Origin: an uncultured Dehalococcoidia bacterium | GTDB lineage: Bacteria > Chloroflexota > Dehalococcoidia > SZUA-161 > SpSt-899 | Length of the DNA stretch: 51,887 nt | NCBI GenBank assembly: GCA_964634125.1 | Contig: CAZWIP010000003.1 | Span: forward strand, 1 to 51,887 | Direction of reading: 5' to 3' | The notes under the pieces: generated by a model | The model's database searches: none | What the model was told of the DNA's origin: nothing | What the model saw: the letters and a program-made list of their open reading frames with translations, nothing else | Shown: positions 48,525 through 51,887 of the stretch, one piece after another | Position numbering within the stretch: position 1 is the first letter of the stretch | Layout: every line of letters starts with the position of its first letter | Made by a program: the position numbers and the translations under genes

Positions 48525-49169
48525 TCATAGGGCAGGGATAAGCACTACTATCTTTTGCTCTGCGGGCAAATCCCCTTTCTCGAATGTCTTCTCGCTGGTA
48601 TTGGCTCTTTCTACGTTTGATTTCCCCTGCAGAAAATCTTCAACCGTTGCTATCGGAAAGCCACATTTATCGTTGCTTACATGCATGGGGATTACAACTT
48701 TCGGATTTATCTGGTTACAAACTTGAGCTGCTTCCGCAGCATCTATGGTGAAAAAACCGCCAACAGGAATTAGCAATACATCGACTCCACCGATTTCGGT
48801 AACTTGCTGATCCGAAAGTACATGTCCCAAATCGCCCAAATGACAGATATTCATTCCATCAACAGCGAAACAGAAGATGATGTTATCACCCCTCTCTTTT
48901 CCACCCGACGGATCATGATAACTGGCAATTCCCTTGAACTCAATCCCCTTGGCTGTTGCACTACCAGCTTTTGCGATTTGCTGAGGATTCCCTCCGACCT
49001 TTCCCCCAACATGATCACCATGCTGGTGACTGATGAGTGCAATATCGGCGGACTCGTTTATCGGTGCATAATTAAGCCCGTTGTACTCTCCAAATGGGTC
49101 GGTGATGATCTTTGTGCCATCAGCGGCTGTGATAAGAAAAGAGGCATGTCCGAGCCATTTTATTTTCAT
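48525..49169 (-). CDS. MBL-fold metallo-hydrolase
   Basis: WLGHASF, TDPF, SHQHGDH, HLGDLGH, PVGG, IPMH. Confidence 0.92.
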   Translation of the reverse strand: MKIKWLGHASFLITAADGTKIITDPFGEYNGLNYAPINESADIALISHQHGDHVGGKVGGNPQQIAKAGSATAKGIEFKGIASYHDPSGGKERGDNIIFCFAVDGMNICHLGDLGHVLSDQQVTEIGGVDVLLIPVGGFFTIDAAEAAQVCNQINPKVVIPMHVSNDKCGFPIATVEDFLQGKSNVERANTSEKTFEKGDLPAEQKIVVLIPAL

Positions 49170-49225
49170 ATCTCAACCTCCTACGTCAACATGAGCGAGG
49201 CTAAAGCCTCGCTCTACATGCAAAT

Positions 49226-51751
49226 TTAGCCAGCATCACTGACTTCGGGAGTATCTGGCTCAATAGACTGCTCTCCATCTCCATTCCCCCCAACTACCGC
49301 CTGCAAGTCAGCCGGTGGAGCACTATCCGCAGGTTTATCGAGCAAAGCAATCGAAGATACTTCATCTCCTTTTACAAGCCTGATGGTCCTAACACCCTGA
49401 GTGCTTCTGCCCAGTTTCGAAATTCCTTTCAAAGGCATCCGGATAATAGTTCCGTTCTTGGTCGTAACCATCAGTTGCTGGGAAAGATCAACAATTGTAG
49501 CATCCGCTACCATGCCAGTCTTCTCATTGGTAAGATGAGCCCGGAGTCCACCACCCCCACGAATCTGCTGACGAAACTCTTCCAAATCCGTACGTTTGCC
49601 GTAGCCATTGGTAGTAACGGTCAGCAGGAACGCTTTAGGACGAGGAATCTGCATTGCCACCACATTATCTCCTGCCCGAAGCCTGATACCTCGCACCCCC
49701 CCGCTAGTTCGCGAGGCTGTACGCAGCTTGTCAACATCAAACCTAATAGACTGTCCGGATGACGTTACAATTATGGCATCATCCTCAGCAGTGGCTGCCT
49801 GGACCGAAATGAGCTCATCATTTTTCTCGATATCCATCGCAATGATACCAGTAGCCCGGATCGCCGCGAATCGCTTAAGTTCGGATTTCTTCACTTCTCC
49901 CATTTTGCTTGCCATCACGATATATCCATCCGGAGGGAAATCAGCGGCAGACATCACCGCTGTAATTCGCTCATCCGTCTCAATAGGAATGAGATTGATC
50001 ATGGGAATACCCTTGGCTTGTCGTGTGACTTCCGCGGGTATTTTAAAACACCTCAATTGAAAAACACGCCCACGATTGGTGAAGAACAGCAGAGTATCGT
50101 GAGTATCGGTAATGAGAACAAGTTGAACATCATCAGTCTCCCGGATTTTCATTCCGGTGACTCCTTTGCCGCCTCTATGCTGCGTTCGGTAGGTCTCACT
50201 GGGAAGCCTCTTGATATGACCTCGAGCGCTCAAAGTAACGACCACCCGCTGATGAGGTATCAGATCCTCAGCAGTGAATGCCCCTATTTCCTCATCGCTC
50301 AATTGAGTGCGGCGTTCATCCCCATATTTCTCTTTAATATAGATCACATCCTCTTTAATAAGGAAATCGATCTTTCGTGGATTGGCCAGGAGGTCTTCCA
50401 GATAAGCTATGGTCTTTAACAACTCGGCGTATTCGTCATCGATCTTCTTGCGTTCCATTGCAGCCAGTCGACGCAATTGCATATCCAGAATCGCCTGGGA
50501 CTGCACCTGTGAGAGAGAGAACTGCTCCATGAGAGCATTTCTGGCTGCTTCCACGTTCTTCGATGCACGAATAGTGGCAATGACTTCATCGAGGTTATCC
50601 AGTGCGATCTTAAGGCCTTCCAGAATATGAGACCGCTCCTGAGCCTTGCGCAGATCGAAGCGAGACCGGCGAGTGATGACTTCGTGGCGGAATTTGATAT
50701 ACTGTCTCAGCGCCGTCCTAAGGTTTATTACCCTCGGTTGTCCGTCAACCAGGGCGAGCATGTTAACAAAGAACGAGGATTGCATGGCAGTATGTTTGTA
50801 CAAGTTGTTTAACACCTGATTCGGTTGGCTACCTCTTTTCAGTTCAAGTACTACCCGAATTCCGTTTCGATCAGATTCGTCACGGACCTCACTGACTCCC
50901 TCGAGTCGTTTATTCTTCATAAGATCAGCTATTTTGACTACCAGCGCTGCTTTGTTCGTCTGAAACGTGAGTTCAGTGATGACAATCTGGTACCTCGTTT
51001 TACTTGCTTCCTCGGTATGACTTTTCGCCCTCATGACGATCTTGCCACGGCCAGTGGTATAAGCATGTTCGATCCCTTCTCGCCCCAGGATCATTCCTCC
51101 GGTAGGAAAGTCAGGCCCTTTGACCAGTGGTAGAAGCTCCTCTATGGAAGCTTCGGGGTTATCGATGAGGTAGGCAACACCATCACATAGCTCCGAGAGG
51201 TTGTGAGGCGGGATGTTGGTTGCCATTCCCACAGCGATCCCAGCCGCCCCATTCAGAAGTAAATTAGGAAGTTTTGCCGGAAGCGCTGTCGGCTCACTGA
51301 GAGAATCATCGAAATTGGGAGTGAAATCTACTGTGTCCTTTTCGATATCAATCAGCATTTCTTCGGCAAGTTCTGTCATCCGAGCTTCTGTATAACGCAT
51401 GGCCGCCGGAGGGTCATTATCCATGCTGCCGAAGTTACCTTGCCCATCCACAAGAGGGTATCTCAGGGAAAAGTCCTGAGCCATTCGCACCATGGCTTCA
51501 TATATAGCCGAATCGCCATGAGGATGATATTTACCCATGACCTCACCAACGATACGCGCACTCTTTTTGTAGGCACTGTTGTGTGCTACGCCCAGGTCAT
51601 TCATCCCGTAGAGAATCCTTCTCTGTACCGGTTTCAACCCGTCCCGAGCATCAGGGAGGGCCCGGGAAACGATTACGCTCATGGCGTAGTCCAGATAGGC
51701 GCTCCTTACTTCATCTTCAATGCTTATTGGTTTTACTACCCCGATGTCCAT
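49226..51751 (-). CDS. gyrA: DNA gyrase subunit A
   Basis: [27 protein letters not shown], GyrA-box QHRGGKG. Confidence 0.99.
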   Translation of the reverse strand: MDIGVVKPISIEDEVRSAYLDYAMSVIVSRALPDARDGLKPVQRRILYGMNDLGVAHNSAYKKSARIVGEVMGKYHPHGDSAIYEAMVRMAQDFSLRYPLVDGQGNFGSMDNDPPAAMRYTEARMTELAEEMLIDIEKDTVDFTPNFDDSLSEPTALPAKLPNLLLNGAAGIAVGMATNIPPHNLSELCDGVAYLIDNPEASIEELLPLVKGPDFPTGGMILGREGIEHAYTTGRGKIVMRAKSHTEEASKTRYQIVITELTFQTNKAALVVKIADLMKNKRLEGVSEVRDESDRNGIRVVLELKRGSQPNQVLNNLYKHTAMQSSFFVNMLALVDGQPRVINLRTALRQYIKFRHEVITRRSRFDLRKAQERSHILEGLKIALDNLDEVIATIRASKNVEAARNALMEQFSLSQVQSQAILDMQLRRLAAMERKKIDDEYAELLKTIAYLEDLLANPRKIDFLIKEDVIYIKEKYGDERRTQLSDEEIGAFTAEDLIPHQRVVVTLSARGHIKRLPSETYRTQHRGGKGVTGMKIRETDDVQLVLITDTHDTLLFFTNRGRVFQLRCFKIPAEVTRQAKGIPMINLIPIETDERITAVMSAADFPPDGYIVMASKMGEVKKSELKRFAAIRATGIIAMDIEKNDELISVQAATAEDDAIIVTSSGQSIRFDVDKLRTASRTSGGVRGIRLRAGDNVVAMQIPRPKAFLLTVTTNGYGKRTDLEEFRQQIRGGGGLRAHLTNEKTGMVADATIVDLSQQLMVTTKNGTIIRMPLKGISKLGRSTQGVRTIRLVKGDEVSSIALLDKPADSAPPADLQAVVGGNGDGEQSIEPDTPEVSDAG

Positions 51752-51786
51752 TTTCTTTCTCCGCTTCTTGTCAAGTACTCATATGG

Positions 51787-51815
51787 AGTGTATCCAATGC
51801 AGGGTGAAAGGTCAA
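51787..51815 (-). promoter_or_regulatory. Putative gyrA promoter
   Basis: Minus strand TTGACC, 17 nt, TACACT. Confidence 0.5.
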
Positions 51816-51887
51816 GCAAGCAGCATCGTTACGTACTATTAACCCGGCAATTAAATACTAGACAAAACATCGAAAATATATTACAAT

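Overview
Bacterial chromosomal window made mostly of housekeeping genes. Gene content and order (recA-recX-rny-ymdB, ispDF-cysS, holB-ricT, fused aroKB, rnc-ftsY-dnaE, clpC-radA, gyrA...rpmH-rnpA-yidD-[beta-propeller]-yidC-jag-ileS, MaoC pairs and SDRs) suggest Chloroflexota, probably Dehalococcoidia (inference). No rRNA, tRNA, CRISPR array, integrase or transposase was recognised. Two genes missing from the ORF track were read by hand: rpmH (48286-48423, -) and a 56-aa truncated molybdopterin-oxidoreductase Fe4S4 domain (13775-13945, +). The most notable non-routine signals are: (1) an Avd-like four-helix-bundle gene enclosed by inverted 7-nt tandem repeats, plus two gene-less heptamer arrays elsewhere, suggesting a dispersed cassette/repeat system; (2) a 7TM-GAF-GAF kinase, OmpR regulator and pseudo-receiver module with a perfect 4x11-bp repeat and a matching box upstream of the pseudo-receiver; (3) a BamB/PQQ-like lipoprotein inside the yidC operon carrying an MshEN-like helical insertion; (4) a structured, terminator-containing leader on deaD-typA; (5) an IleRS with a swapped GIHH signature; (6) a divergent ClpP lacking the catalytic Asp.
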